Made by a program: the position numbers and the translations under genes. The notes beneath the pieces are model-generated. The model was not told the DNA's origin and made no database searches. It was given only the letters and a program-made list of their open reading frames with translations. Below are positions 10,401 to 24,327 of a DNA stretch of 64,000 nt, piece by piece (the stretch's first letter is position 1; every line of letters starts with the position of its first letter). Location: NCBI GenBank assembly GCA_964016885.1, contig OZ024766.1, positions 12,400,001-12,464,000 on the forward strand, written 5' to 3'. The DNA is from Eledone cirrhosa (lineage: Eukaryota).

Positions 10401-13400
10401 CAACCTTCTGAAGGACTTGTGCCCTCTGTATGGGATATGTAGTAACCTTCTGAAGGACTTGTGCCCTGTGTACGAGATGTTTAGTAACCTTCTGAAGGAC
10501 TTGTGCCCTGTGTACGAGATGTTTAGTAACCTTCTGAAGGACTTGTGCCCTGTGTACGAAATGTTTAGTAACCTTCTGAAGGACTTGTGCCCTGTGTACG
10601 AGATGTTTAGTAACCTTCTGAAGGACTTGTGCCCTGTGTACGAGATGTTTAGTAACCTTCTGAAGGACTTGTGCCCTGTGTACGAAATGTTTAGTAACCT
10701 TCTGAAGGACTTGTGCCCTGTGTACGAGATGTTTAGTAACCTTCTGAAGGACTTGTGCCCTGTGTACGAGATGTTTAGTAACCTTCTGAAGGACTTGTGC
10801 CCTGTGTACGAGATGTTTAGTAACCTTCTGAAGGACTTGTGCCCTGTGTACGAGATGTTTAGTAACCTTCTGAAGGACTTGTGCCCTGTGTACGAGATGT
10901 TTAGTAACCTTCTGAAGGACTTGTGCCCTGTGTACGAAATGTTTAGTAACCTTCTGAAGGACGTGTGCCCTGTGTACGAGATGTTTAGTAACCTTCTGAA
11001 GGACTAGTGCCCTGTGTACGAAATGTTTAGTAACCTTCTGAAGGACTTGTGCCCTGTGTACGAGATGTTTAGTAACCTTCTGAAGGACTTGTGCCCTGTG
11101 TACGAGATGTTTAGTAACCTTCTGAAGGACGTGTGCCCTGTGTACGAGATGTTTAGTAACCTTCTGAAGGACTTGTGCCCTGTGTACGAGATGTTTAGTA
11201 ACCTTCTGAAGGACTTGTGCCCTGTGTACGAGATGTTTAGTAACCTTCTGAAGGACTTGTGCCCTGTGTACGAAATGTTTAGTAACCTTCTGAAGGACTT
11301 GTGCCCTGTGTACGAGATGTTTAGTAACCTTCTGAAGGACTTGTGCCCTGTGTACGAGATGTTTAGTAACCTTCTGAAGGACTTGTGCCCTGTGTACGAG
11401 ATGTTTAGTAACCTTCTGAAGGACTTGTGCCCTGTGTACGAGATGTTTAGTAACCTTCTGAAGGACTTGTGCCCTGTGTACGAGATGTTTAGTAACCTTC
11501 TGAAGGACTTGTGCCCTGTGTACGAGATGTTTAGTAACCTTCTGAAGGACTTATGCCCTGTGTACGAGATGTTTAGTAACCTTCTGAAGGACTTGTGCCC
11601 TGTGTACGAAATGTTTAGTAACCTTCTGAAGGACTTGTGCCCTGTGTACGAGATGTTTAGTAACCTTCTGAAGGACTTGTGCCCTGTGTACGAAATGTTT
11701 AGTAACCTTCTGAAGGACTTGTGCCCTGTGTACGAGATGTTTAGTAACCTTCTGAAGGACTTGTGCCCTGTGTACGAAATGTTTAGTAACCTTCTGAAGG
11801 ACTTGTGCCCTGTGTACGAGATGTTTAGTAACCTTCTGAAGGACTTGTGCCCTGTGTACGAGATGTTTAGTAACCTTCTGAAGGACTTGTGCCCTGTGTA
11901 CGAGATGTTTAGTAACCTTCTGAAGGACTTGTGCCCTGTGTACGAAATGTTTAGTAACCTTCTGAAGGACTTGTGCCCTGTGTACGAGATGTTTAGTAAC
12001 CTTCTGAAGGACTTGTGCTCTGTGTACGAGATGTTTAGTAACCTTCTGAAGGACTTGTGCCCTGTGTACGAGATGTTTAGTAACCTTCTGAAGGACTTGT
12101 GCCCTGTGTACGAAATGTTTAGTAACCTTCTGAAGGACTTGTGCCCTGTGTACGAGATGTTTAGTAACCTTCTGAAGGACTTGTGCCCTGTGTACGAGAT
12201 GTTTAGTAACCTTCTGAAGGACTTGTGCCCTGTGTACGAAATGTTTAGTAACCTTCTGAAGGACTTGTGCCCTGTGTACGAGATGTTTAGTAACCTTCTG
12301 AAGGACTTGTGCCCTGTGTACGAGATGTTTAGTAACCTTCTGAAGGACTTGTGCCCTGTGTACGAGATGTTTAGTAACCTTCTGAAGGACTTGTGCCCTG
12401 TGTACGAGATGTTTAGTAACCTTCTGAAGGACTTGTGCCCTGTGTACGAGATGTTTAGTAACCTTCGGAAGGACTTGTGCCCTGTGTACGAAATGTTTAG
12501 TAACCTTCTGAAGGACTTGTGCCCTGTGTACGAGATGTTTAGTAACCTTCTGAAGGACTTGTGCTCTGTGTACGAGATGTTTAGTAACCTTCTGAAGGAC
12601 TTGTGCTCTGTGTACGAGATGTTTAGTAACCTTCTGAAGGACTTGTGCCCTGTGTACGAGATGTTTAGTAACCTTCTGAAGGACTTGTGCCCTGTGTACG
12701 AGATGTTTAGTAACCTTCTGAAGGACTTGTGCCCTGTGTACGAGATGTTTAGTAACCTTCTGAAGGACTTGTGCCCTGTGTACGAGATGTTTAGTAACCT
12801 TCTGAAGGACTTGTGCCCTGTGTACGAAATGTTTAGTAACCTTCTGAAGGACTTGTGCCCTGTGTACGAGATGTTTAGTAACCTTCTGAAGGACTTGTGC
12901 CCTGTGTACGAGATGTTTAGTAACCTTCTGAAGGACTTGTGCCCTGTGTACGAGATGTTTAGTAACCTTCTGAAGGACTTGTGCCCTGTGTACGAGATGT
13001 TTAGTAACCTTCTGAAGGACTTGTGCCCTGTGTACGAGATGTTTAGTAACCTTCTGAAGGACTTGTGCCCTGTGTACGAAATGTTTAGTAACCTTCTGAA
13101 GGACTTGTGCCCTGTGTACGAGATGTTTAGTAACCTTCTGAAGGACTTGTGCCCTGTGTACGAAATGTTTAGTAACCTTCTGAAGGACTTGTGCCCTGTG
13201 TACGAGATGTTTAGTAACCTTCTGAAGGACTTGTGCCCTGTGTACGAGATGTTTAGTAACCTTCTGAAGGACTTGTGCCCTGTGTACGAGATGTTTAGTA
13301 ACCTTCTGAAGGACTTGTGCCCTGTGTACGAGATGTTTAGTAACCTTCTGAAGGACTTGTGCCCTGTGTACGAGATGTTTAGTAACCTTCTGAAGGACTT

Positions 13401-16400
13401 GTGCTCTGTGTACGAGATGTTTAGTAACCTTCTGAAGGACTTGTGCCCTGTGTACGAGATGTTTAGTAACCTTCTGAAGGACTTGTGCCCTGTGTACGAG
13501 ATGTTTAGTAACCTTCTGAAGGACTTGTGCCCTGTGTACGAGATGTTTAGTAACCTTCTGAAGGACTTGTGCCCTGTGTACGAGATGTTTAGTAACCTTC
13601 TGAAGGACTTGTGCCCTGTGTACGAGATGTTTAGTAACCTTCTGAAGGACTTGTGCCCTGTGTACGAGATGTTTAGTAACCTTCTGAAGGACTTGTGCCC
13701 TGTGTACGAGATGTTTAGTAACCTTCTGAAGGACTTGTGCCCTGTGTACGAGATGTTTAGTAACCTTCTGAAGGACTTGTGCCCTGTGTACGAGATGTTT
13801 AGTAACCTTCTGAAGGACTTGTGCCCTGTGTACGAGATGTTTAGTAACCTTCTGAAGGACTTGTGCCCTGTGTACGAGATGTTTAGTAACCTTCTGAAGG
13901 ACTTGTGCCCTGTGTACGAGATGTTTAGTAACCTTCTGAAGGACTTGTGCCCTGTGTACGAGATGTTTAGTAACCTTCTGAAGGACTTGTGCCCTGTGTA
14001 CGAGATGTTTAGTAACCTTCTGAAGGACTTGTGCCCTGTGTACGAGATGTTTAGTAACCTTCTGAAGGACTTGTGCTCTGTGTACGAGATGTTTAGTAAC
14101 CTTCTGAAGGACTTGTGCCCTGTGTACGAGATGTTTAGTAACCTTCTGAAGGACTTGTGCCCTGTGTACGAGATGTTTAGTAACCTTCTGAAGGACTTGT
14201 GCTCTGTGTACGAGATGTTTAGTAACCTTCTGAAGGACTTGTGCCCTGTGTACGAGATGTTTAGTAACCTTCTGAAGGACTTGTGCCCTGTGTACGAGAT
14301 GTTTAGTAACCTTCTGAAGGACTTGTGCCCTGTGTACGAGATGTTTAGTAACCTTCTGAAGGACTTGTGCCCTGTGTACGAGATGTTTAGTAACCTTCTG
14401 AAGGACTTGTGCTCTGTGTACGAGATGTTTAGTAACCTTCTGAAGGACTTGTGCCCTGTGTACGAGATGTTTAGTAACCTTCTGAAGGACTTGTGCCCTG
14501 TGTACGAGATGTTTAGTAACCTTCTGAAGGACTTGTGCCCTGTGTACGAGATGTTTAGTAACCTTCTGAAGGACTTGTGCCCTGTGTACGAGATGTTTAG
14601 TAACCTTCTGAAGGACTTGTGCCCTGTGTACGAGATGTTTAGTAACCTTCTGAAGGACTTGTGCCCTGTGTACGAGATGTTTAGTAACCTTCTGAAGGAC
14701 TTGTGCCCTGTGTACGAGATGTTTAGTAACCTTCTGAAGGACTTGTGCCCTGTGTACGAGATGTTTAGTAACCTTCTGAAGGACTTGTGCCTTGTGTACG
14801 AGATGTTTAGTAACTTTCTGAAGGACTTGTGCCCTGTGTACGAGATGTTTAGTAACCTTCTGAAGGACTTGTGCCCTGTGTACGAGATGTTTAGTAACCT
14901 TCTGAAGGACTTGTGCCCTGTGTACGAGATGTTTAGTAACCTTCTGAAGGACTTGTGCTCTGTGTACGAGATGTTTAGTAACCTTCTGAAGGACTTGTGC
15001 CCTGTGTACGAGATGTTTAGTAACCTTCTGAAGGACTTGTGCCCTGTGTACGAGATGTTTAGTAACCTTCTGAAGGACTTGTGCTCTGTGTACGAGATGT
15101 TTAGTAACCTTCTGAAGGACTTGTGCCCTGTGTACGAGATGTTTAGTAACCTTCTGAAGGACTTGTGCCCTGTGTACGAGATGTTTAGTAACCTTCTGAA
15201 GGACTTGTGCCCTGTGTACGAGATGTTTAGTAACCTTCTGAAGGACTTGTGCCCTGTGTACGAGATGTTTAGTAACCTTCTGAAGGACTTGTGCTCTGTG
15301 TACGAGATGTTTAGTAACCTTCTGAAGGACTTGTGCCCTGTGTACGAGATGTTTAGTAACCTTCTGAAGGACTTGTGCCCTGTGTACGAGATGTTTAGTA
15401 ACCTTCTGAAGGACTTGTGCCCTGTGTACGAGATGTTTAGTAACCTTCTGAAGGACTTGTGCCCTGTGTACGAGATGTTTAGTAACCTTCTGAAGGACTT
15501 GTGCCCTGTGTACGAGATGTTTAGTAACCTTCTGAAGGACTTGTGCCCTGTGTACGAGATGTTTAGTAACCTTCTGAAGGACTTGTGCCCTGTGTACGAG
15601 ATGTTTAGTAACCTTCTGAAGGACTTGTGCCCTGTGTACGAGATGTTTAGTAACCTTCTGAAGGACTTGTGCCCTGTGTACGAGATGTTTAGTAACCTTC
15701 TGAAGGACTTGTGCCCTGTGTACGAGATGTTTAGTAACCTTCTGAAGGACTTGTGCCCTGTGTACGAGATGTTTAGTAACCTTCTGAAGGACTTGTGCCC
15801 TGTGTACGAGATGTTTAGTAACCTTCTGAAGGACTTGTGCCCTGTGTACGAGATGTTTAGTAACCTTCTGAAGGACTTGTGCCCTGTGTACGAGATGTTT
15901 AGTAACCTTCTGAAGGACTTGTGCTCTGTGTACGAGATGTTTAGTAACCTTCTGAAGGACTTGTGCCCTGTGTACGAGAGGTTTAGTAACCTTCTGAAGG
16001 ACTTGTGCCCTGTGTACGAGATGTTTAGTAACCTTCTGAAGGACTTGTGCTCTGTGTACGAGATGTTTAGTAACCTTCTGAAGGACTTGTGCCCTGTGTA
16101 CGAGATGTTTAGTAACCTTCTGAAGGACTTGTGCCCTGTGTACGAGATGTTTAGTAACCTTCTGAAGGACTTGTGCCCTGTGTACGAGATGTTTAGTAAC
16201 CTTCTGAAGGACTTGTGCCCTGTGTACGAGATGTTTAGTAACCTTCTGAAGGACTTGTGCTCTGTGTACGAGATGTTTAGTAACCTTCTGAAGGACTTGT
16301 GCCCTGTGTACGAGATGTTTAGTAACCTTCTGAAGGACTTGTGCCCTGTGTACGAGATGTTTAGTAACCTTCTGAAGGACTTGTGCCCTGTGTACGAGAT

Positions 16401-19400
16401 GTTTAGTAACCTTCTGAAGGACTTGTGCCCTGTGTACGAGATGTTTAGTAACCTTCTGAAGGACTTGTGCCCTGTGTACGAGATGTTTAGTAACCTTCTG
16501 AAGGACTTGTGCCCTGTGTACGAGATGTTTAGTAACCTTCTGAAGGACTTGTGCCCTGTGTACGAGATGTTTAGTAACCTTCTGAAGGACTTGTGCCCTG
16601 TGTACGAGATGTTTAGTAACCTTCTGAAGGACTTGTGCCCTGTGTACGAGATGTTTAGTAACTTTCTGAAGGACTTGTGCCCTGTGTACGAGATGTTTAG
16701 TAACCTTCTGAAGGACTTGTGCCCTGTGTACGAGATGTTTAGTAACCTTCTGAAGGACTTGTGCCCTGTGTACGAGATGTTTAGTAACCTTCTGAAGGAC
16801 TTGTGCTCTGTGTACGAGATGTTTAGTAACCTTCTGAAGGACTTGTGCCCTGTGTACGAGATGTTTAGTAACCTTCTGAAGGACTTGTGCCCTGTGTACG
16901 AGATGTTTAGTAACCTTCTGAAGGACTTGTGCTCTGTGTACGAGATGTTTAGTAACCTTCTGAAGGACTTGTGCCCTGTGTACGAGATGTTTAGTAACCT
17001 TCTGAAGGACTTGTGCCCTGTGTACGAGATGTTTAGTAACCTTCTGAAGGACTTGTGCCCTGTGTACGAGATGTTTAGTAACCTTCTGAAGGACTTGTGC
17101 CCTGTGTACGAGATGTTTAGTAACCTTCTGAAGGACTTGTGCTCTGTGTACGAGATGTTTAGTAACCTTCTGAAGGACTTGTGCCCTGTGTACGAGATGT
17201 TTAGTAACCTTCTGAAGGACTTGTGCCCTGTGTATGGGATATGTAGCAACCTTCTGAAGGACTTGTGCTCTGTGTACGGGATGTTTAGTAACCTTCTGAA
17301 GGACTTGTGCCCTTTGTATGGGATATGTAGCAACCTTCTGAAGGACTTGTGCTCTGTGTACGAGATGTTTAGTAACCTTCTGAAGGACTTGTGCCCTGTG
17401 TACGAGATGTTTAGTAACCTTCTGAAGGACTTGTGCCCTGTGTACGAGATGTTTAGTAACCTTCTGAAGGACTTGTGCCCTGTGTACGAGATGTTTAGTA
17501 ACCTTCTGAAGGACTTGTGCCCTGTGTACGAGATGTTTAGTAACCTTCTGAAGGACTTGTGCCCTGTGTACGAGATGTTTAGTAACCTTCTGAAGGACTT
17601 GTGCCCTGTGTACGAGATGTTTAGTAACCTTCTGAAGGACTTGTGCCCTGTGTACGAGATGTTTAGTAACCTTCTGAAGGACTTGTGCCCTGTGTACGAA
17701 ATGTTTAGTAACCTTCTGAAGGACTTGTGCCCTGTGTACGAGATGTTTAGTAACCTTCTGAAGGACTTGTGCCCTGTGTACGAGATGTTTAGTAACCTTC
17801 GGAAGGACTTGTGCCCTGTGTACGAAATGTTTAGTAACCTTCTGAAGGACTTGTGCTCTGTGTACGAGATGTTTAGTAACCTTCTGAAGGACTTGTGCCC
17901 TGTGTACGAGATGTTTAGTAACCTTCTGAAGGACTTGTGCCCTGGTACGAAATGTTTAGTAACCTTCTGAAGGACTTGTGCCCTGTGTACGAGATGTTTA
18001 GTAACCTTCTGAAGGACTTGTGCCCTGTGTACGAGATGTTTAGTAACCTTCTGAAGGACTTGTGCCCTGCGTACGAAATGTTTAGTAACCTTCTGAAGGA
18101 CTTGTGCCCTGTGTACGAGATGTTTAGTAACCTTCTGAAGGACTTGTGCCCTGTGTACGAGATGTTTAGTAACCTTCTGAAGGACTTGTGCCCTGTGTAC
18201 GAGATGTTTAGCAATCTTCTGAAGGACTTGTGCTCTGTGTACGAGATGTTTAGCAACCTTCTGAAGGACTTGTGCCCTGTGTACGAGATGTTTAGTAACC
18301 TTCTGAAGGACTTGTGCCCTGTGTACGAGATGTTTAGCAACCTTCTGAAGGACTTGTGCTCTGTGTACGAGATGTTTAGCAACCTTCTGAAGGACTTGTG
18401 CCCTGTGTACGAGATGTTTAGTAACCTTCTGAAGGACTTGTGCCCTGTGTACGAGATATTTAGTAACCTTCTGAAGGACTTGTGCCCTGTGTACGAGATG
18501 TTTAGTAACCTTCTGAAGGACTTGTGCTCTGTGTACGAGATGTTTAGTAACCTTCTGAAGGACTTGTGCCCTGTGTACGAGATGTTTAGTAACCTTCTGA
18601 AGGACTTGTGCTCTGTGTACGAGATGTTTAGTAACCTTCTGAAGGACTTGTGCTCTGTGTACGAGATGTTTAGTAACCTTCTGAAGGACTTGTGCCCTGT
18701 GTACGAGATGTTTAGTAACCTTCTGAAGGACTTGTGCCCTGTGTACGAGATGTTTAGTAACCTTCTGAAGGACTTGTGCCCTGTGTACGAGATGTTTAGT
18801 AACCTTCTGAAGGACTTGTGCCCTGTGTACGAGATGTTTAGTAACCTTCTGAAGGACTTGTGCCCTGTGTACGAGATGTTTAGTAACCTTCTGAAGGACT
18901 TGTGCCCTGTGTACGAGATGTTTAGTAACCTTCTGAAGGACTTGTGCCCTGTGTACGAGATGTTTAGTAACCTTCTGAAGGACTTGTGCCCTGTGTACGA
19001 GATGTTTAGTAACCTTCTGAAGGACTTGTGCCCTGTGTACGAGATGTTTAGTAACCTTCTGAAGGACTTGTGCTCTGTGTACGAGATGTTTAGTAACCTT
19101 CTGAAGGACTTGTGCCTGTGTACGAGATGTTTAGTAACCTTCTGAAGGACTTGTGCCCTGTGTGCGAGATGTTTAGTAACCTTCTGAAGGACTTGTGCTC
19201 TGTGTACGAGATGTTTAGTAACCTTCTGAAGGACTTGTGCCCTGTGTACGAGATGTTTAGTAACCTTCTGAAGGACTTGTGCCCTGTGTACGAGATGTTT
19301 AGTAACCTTCTGAAGGACTTGTGCCCTGTGTACGAGATGTTTAGTAACCTTCTGAAGGACTTGTGCCCTGTGTACGAGATGTTTAGTAACCTTCTGAAGG

Positions 19401-22400
19401 ACTTGTGCCCTGTGTACGAGATGTTTAGTAACCTTCTGAAGGACTTGTGCCCTGTGTACGAGATGTTTAGTAACCTTCTGAAGGACTTGTGCCCTGTGTA
19501 CGAGATGTTTAGTAACCTTCTGAAGGACTTGTGCTCTGTGTACGAGATGTTTAGTAACCTTCTGAAGGACTTGTGCCCTGTGTACGAGATGTTTAGTAAC
19601 CTTCTGAAGGACTTGTGCCCTGTGTACGAGATGTTTAGTAACCTTCTGAAGGACTTGTGCTCTGTGTACGAGATGTTTAGTAACCTTCTGAAGGACTTGT
19701 GCCCTGTGTACGAGATGTTTAGTAACCTTCTGAAGGACTTGTGCCCTGTGTACGAGATGTTTAGTAACCTTCTGAAGGACTTGTGCCCTGTGTACGAGAT
19801 GTTTAGTAACCTTCTGAAGGACTTGTGCCCTGTGTACGAGATGTTTAGTAACCTTCTGAAGGACTTGTGCTCTGTGTACGAGATGTTTAGTAACCTTCTG
19901 AAGGACTTGTGCCCTGTGTACGAGATGTTTAGTAACCTTCTGAAGGACTTGTGCCCTGTGTACGAGATGTTTAGTAACCTTCTGAAGGACTTGTGCCCTG
20001 TGTACGAGATGTTTAGTAACCTTCTGAAGGACTTGTGCCCTGTGTACGAGATGTTTAGTAACCTTCTGAAGGACTTGTGCCCTGTGTACGAGATGTTTAG
20101 TAACCTTCTGAAGGACTTGTGCCCTGTGTACGAGATGTTTAGTAACCTTCTGAAGGACTTGTGCCCTGTGTACGAGATGTTTAGTAACCTTCTGAAGGAC
20201 TTGTGCCCTGTGTACGAGATGTTTAGTAACCTTCTGAAGGACTTGTGCCCTGTGTACGAGATGTTTAGTAACTTTCTGAAGGACTTGTGCCCTGTGTACG
20301 AGATGTTTAGTAACCTTCTGAAGGACTTGTGCCCTGTGTACGAGATGTTTAGTAACCTTCTGAAGGACTTGTGCCCTGTGTACGAGATGTTTAGTAACCT
20401 TCTGAAGGACTTGTGCTCTGTGTACGAGATGTTTAGTAACCTTCTGAAGGACTTGTGCCCTGTGTACGAGATGTTTAGTAACCTTCTGAAGGACTTGTGC
20501 CCTGTGTACGAGATGTTTAGTAACCTTCTGAAGGACTTGTGCTCTGTGTACGAGATGTTTAGTAACCTTCTGAAGGACTTGTGCCCTGTGTACGAGATGT
20601 TTAGTAACCTTCTGAAGGACTTGTGCCCTGTGTACGAGATGTTTAGTAACCTTCTGAAGGACTTGTGCCCTGTGTACGAGATGTTTAGTAACCTTCTGAA
20701 GGACTTGTGCCCTGTGTACGAGATGTTTAGTAACCTTCTGAAGGACTTGTGCTCTGTGTACGAGATGTTTAGTAACCTTCTGAAGGACTTGTGCCCTGTG
20801 TACGAGATGTTTAGTAACCTTCTGAAGGACTTGTGCCCTGTGTATGGGATATGTAGCAACCTTCTGAAGGACTTGTGCTCTGTGTACGGGATGTTTAGTA
20901 ACCTTCTGAAGGACTTGTGCCCTTTGTATGGGATATGTAGCAACCTTCTGAAGGACTTGTGCTCTGTGTACGAGATGTTTAGTAACCTTCTGAAGGACTT
21001 GTGCCCTGTGTACGAGATGTTTAGTAACCTTCTGAAGGACTTGTGCCCTGTGTACGAGATGTTTAGTAACCTTCTGAAGGACTTGTGCCCTGTGTACGAG
21101 ATGTTTAGTAACCTTCTGAAGGACTTGTGCCCTGTGTACGAGATGTTTAGTAACCTTCTGAAGGACTTGTGCCCTGTGTACGAGATGTTTAGTAACCTTC
21201 TGAAGGACTTGTGCCCTGTGTACGAGATGTTTAGTAACCTTCTGAAGGACTTGTGCCCTGTGTACGAGATGTTTAGTAACCTTCTGAAGGACTTGTGCCC
21301 TGTGTACGAAATGTTTAGTAACCTTCTGAAGGACTTGTGCCCTGTGTACGAGATGTTTAGTAACCTTCTGAAGGACTTGTGCCCTGTGTACGAGATGTTT
21401 AGTAACCTTCGGAAGGACTTGTGCCCTGTGTACGAAATGTTTAGTAACCTTCTGAAGGACTTGTGCTCTGTGTACGAGATGTTTAGTAACCTTCTGAAGG
21501 ACTTGTGCCCTGTGTACGAGATGTTTAGTAACCTTCTGAAGGACTTGTGCCCTGTGTACGAAATGTTTAGTAACCTTCTGAAGGACTTGTGCCCTGTGTA
21601 CGAGATGTTTAGTAACCTTCTGAAGGACTTGTGCCCTGTGTACGAGATGTTTAGTAACCTTCTGAAGGACTTGTGCCCTGCGTACGAAATGTTTAGTAAC
21701 CTTCTGAAGGACTTGTGCCCTGTGTACGAGATGTTTAGTAACCTTCTGAAGGACTTGTGCCCTGTGTACGAGATGTTTAGTAACCTTCTGAAGGACTTGT
21801 GCCCTGTGTACGAGATGTTTAGCAATCTTCTGAAGGACTTGTGCTCTGTGTACGAGATGTTTAGCAACCTTCTGAAGGACTTGTGCCCTGTGTACGAGAT
21901 GTTTAGTAACCTTCTGAAGGACTTGTGCCCTGTGTACGAGATGTTTAGCAACCTTCTGAAGGACTTGTGCTCTGTGTACGAGATGTTTAGCAACCTTCTG
22001 AAGGACTTGTGCCCTGTGTACGAGATGTTTAGTAACCTTCTGAAGGACTTGTGCCCTGTGTACGAGATGTTTAGTAACCTTCTGAAGGACTTGTGCCCTG
22101 TGTACGAGATGTTTAGTAACCTTCTGAAGGACTTGTGCTCTGTGTACGAGATGTTTAGTAACCTTCTGAAGGACTTGTGCCCTGTGTACGAGATGTTTAG
22201 TAACCTTCTGAAGGACTTGTGCTCTGTGTACGAGATGTTTAGTAACCTTCTGAAGGACTTGTGCTCTGTGTACGAGATGTTTAGTAACCTTCTGAAGGAC
22301 TTGTGCCCTGTGTACGAGATGTTTAGTAACCTTCTGAAGGACTTGTGCCCTGTGTACGAGATGTTTAGTAACCTTCTGAAGGACTTGTGCCCTGTGTACG

Positions 22401-23945
22401 AGATGTTTAGTAACCTTCTGAAGGACTTGTGCCCTGTGTACGAGATGTTTAGTAACCTTCTGAAGGACTTGTGCCCTGTGTACGAGATGTTTAGTAACCT
22501 TCTGAAGGACTTGTGCCCTGTGTACGAGATGTTTAGTAACCTTCTGAAGGACTTGTGCCCTGTGTACGAGATGTTTAGTAACCTTCTGAAGGACTTGTGC
22601 CCTGTGTACGAGATGTTTAGTAACCTTCTGAAGGACTTGTGCCCTGTGTACGAGATGTTTAGTAACCTTCTGAAGGACTTGTGCTCTGTGTACGAGATGT
22701 TTAGTAACCTTCTGAAGGACTTGTGCCTGTGTACGAGATGTTTAGTAACCTTCTGAAGGACTTGTGCCCTGTGTGCGAGATGTTTAGTAACCTTCTGAAG
22801 GACTTGTGCTCTGTGTACGAGATGTTTAGTAACCTTCTGAAGGACTTGTGCCCTGTGTACGAGATGTTTAGTAACCTTCTGAAGGACTTGTGCCCTGTGT
22901 ACGAGATGTTTAGTAACCTTCTGAAGGACTTGTGCCCTGTGTACGAGATGTTTAGTAACCTTCTGAAGGACTTGTGCCCTGTGTACGAGATGTTTAGTAA
23001 CCTTCTGAAGGACTTGTGCTCTGTTTACGAGATGTTTAGTAACCTTCTGAAGGACTTGTGCCCTGTGTACGAGATGTTTAGTAACCTTCTGAAGGACTTG
23101 TGCCCTGTGTATGGGATATGTAGCAACCTTCTGAAGGACTTGTGCTCTGTGTACGAGATGTTTAGTAACCTTCTGAAGGACTTGTGCCCTCTGTATGGGA
23201 TATGTAGCAACCTTCTGAAGGACTTGTGCTCTGTGTACGAGATGTTTAGTAACCTTCTGAAGGACTTGTGCCCTGTGTACGAGATGTTTAGTAACCTTCT
23301 GAAGGACTTGTGCTCTGTGTACGAGATGTTTAGTAACCTTCTGAAGGACTTGTGCCCTGTGTACGAGATGTTTAGTAACCTTCTGAAGGACTTGTGCCCT
23401 GTGTACGAGATGTTTAGTAACCTTCTGAAGGACTTGTGCTCTGTGTACGAGATGTTTAGTAACCTTCTGAAGGACTTGTGCCCTGTGTACGAGATGTTTA
23501 GTAACCTTCTGAAGGACTTGTGCCCTGTGTACGAGATGTTTAGTAACCTTCTGAAGGACTTGTGCCCTGTGTACGAGATGTTTAGTAACCTTCTGAAGGA
23601 CTTGTGCCCTGTGTACGAGATGTTTAGTAACCTTCTGAAGGACTTGTGCTCTGTGTACGAGATGTTTAGTAACCTTCTGAAGGACTTGTGCCCTGTGTAC
23701 GAGATGTTTAGTAACCTTCTGAAGGACTTGTGCCCTGTGTACGAGATGTTTAGTAACCTTCTGAAGGACTTGTGCCCTCTGTATGGGATATGTAGCAACC
23801 TTCTGAAGGACTTGTGCCCTGTGTACGAGATGTTTAGTAACCTTCTGAAGGACTTGTGCCCTCTGTATGGGATATGTAGCAACCTTCTGAAGGACTTGTG
23901 CCCTGTGTACGAAATGTTTAGTAACCTTCTGAAGGACTTGTGCTC
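10374..23945. repeat. 42-bp satellite (~320 copies, 13.6 kb; GTACGAGATGTTTAGTAACCTTCTGAAGGACTTGTGCCCTGT)
   Basis: 42-bp period, highly homogeneous; 1-bp deletions near 17944, 19116 and 22727; about four diverged units also at ~10125-10290. Confidence 0.99.
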
Positions 23946-24000
23946 AAATGACAGGATTCTTTGTTCCATGTCAGCTGCGAGAGTCCACCTCTCACACATG
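23938..24000 (-). mobile_element. RTE-clade LINE ORF segment leading into the 42-bp array
   Basis: Minus strand CERWTLAADMEQRILSFEHKSFRRLLNISYT matches RTE YGCExWTL...xRIxAFExKCxRxLLxISY. Confidence 0.85.
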
Positions 24001-24327
24001 GAAAGACAGTGGCCCCACTTGAGGTGTCTATGGCCATTGTCATTGGAAAACCTCCATGCTTCCTGAAATTCACCAACACTATACCTGACACACCCCCCCC
24101 CTCCGTACACACGCACACATGTACCTGTGTGTATTTCATGACTCATACACTGTTCACTTTCCTCACATTTGTACATTACCCTATGTACTATACACCTTTG
24201 ATGAGTTGTAGTGCACCTGAGCACTGTACACAAAAATTTCATTATTATTATATCATTATATGTCTGGTTGTCTGAGTCCACCTCTCACACATGGAAATAC
24301 GGTGGCCCCACTTGAGGTGTCTTTGGC
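23981..24327. repeat. Dispersed 54-bp direct repeat (23981-24034 and 24274-24327)
   Basis: GAGTCCACCTCTCACACATGGAAA(G/T)AC(A/G)GTGGCCCCACTTGAGGTGTCT(A/T)TGGC; 3 mismatches, offset 293 bp. Confidence 0.9.

Noticed and set aside
10369-24281. Giant ORFs on both strands of the 42-bp array (up to 2,318 aa)
   Set aside because: The unit length is divisible by 3 and stop-free in these frames; the ORFs are broken by 1-bp deletions and have no gene context. The minus-strand frame is simply the ancestral RTE frame.
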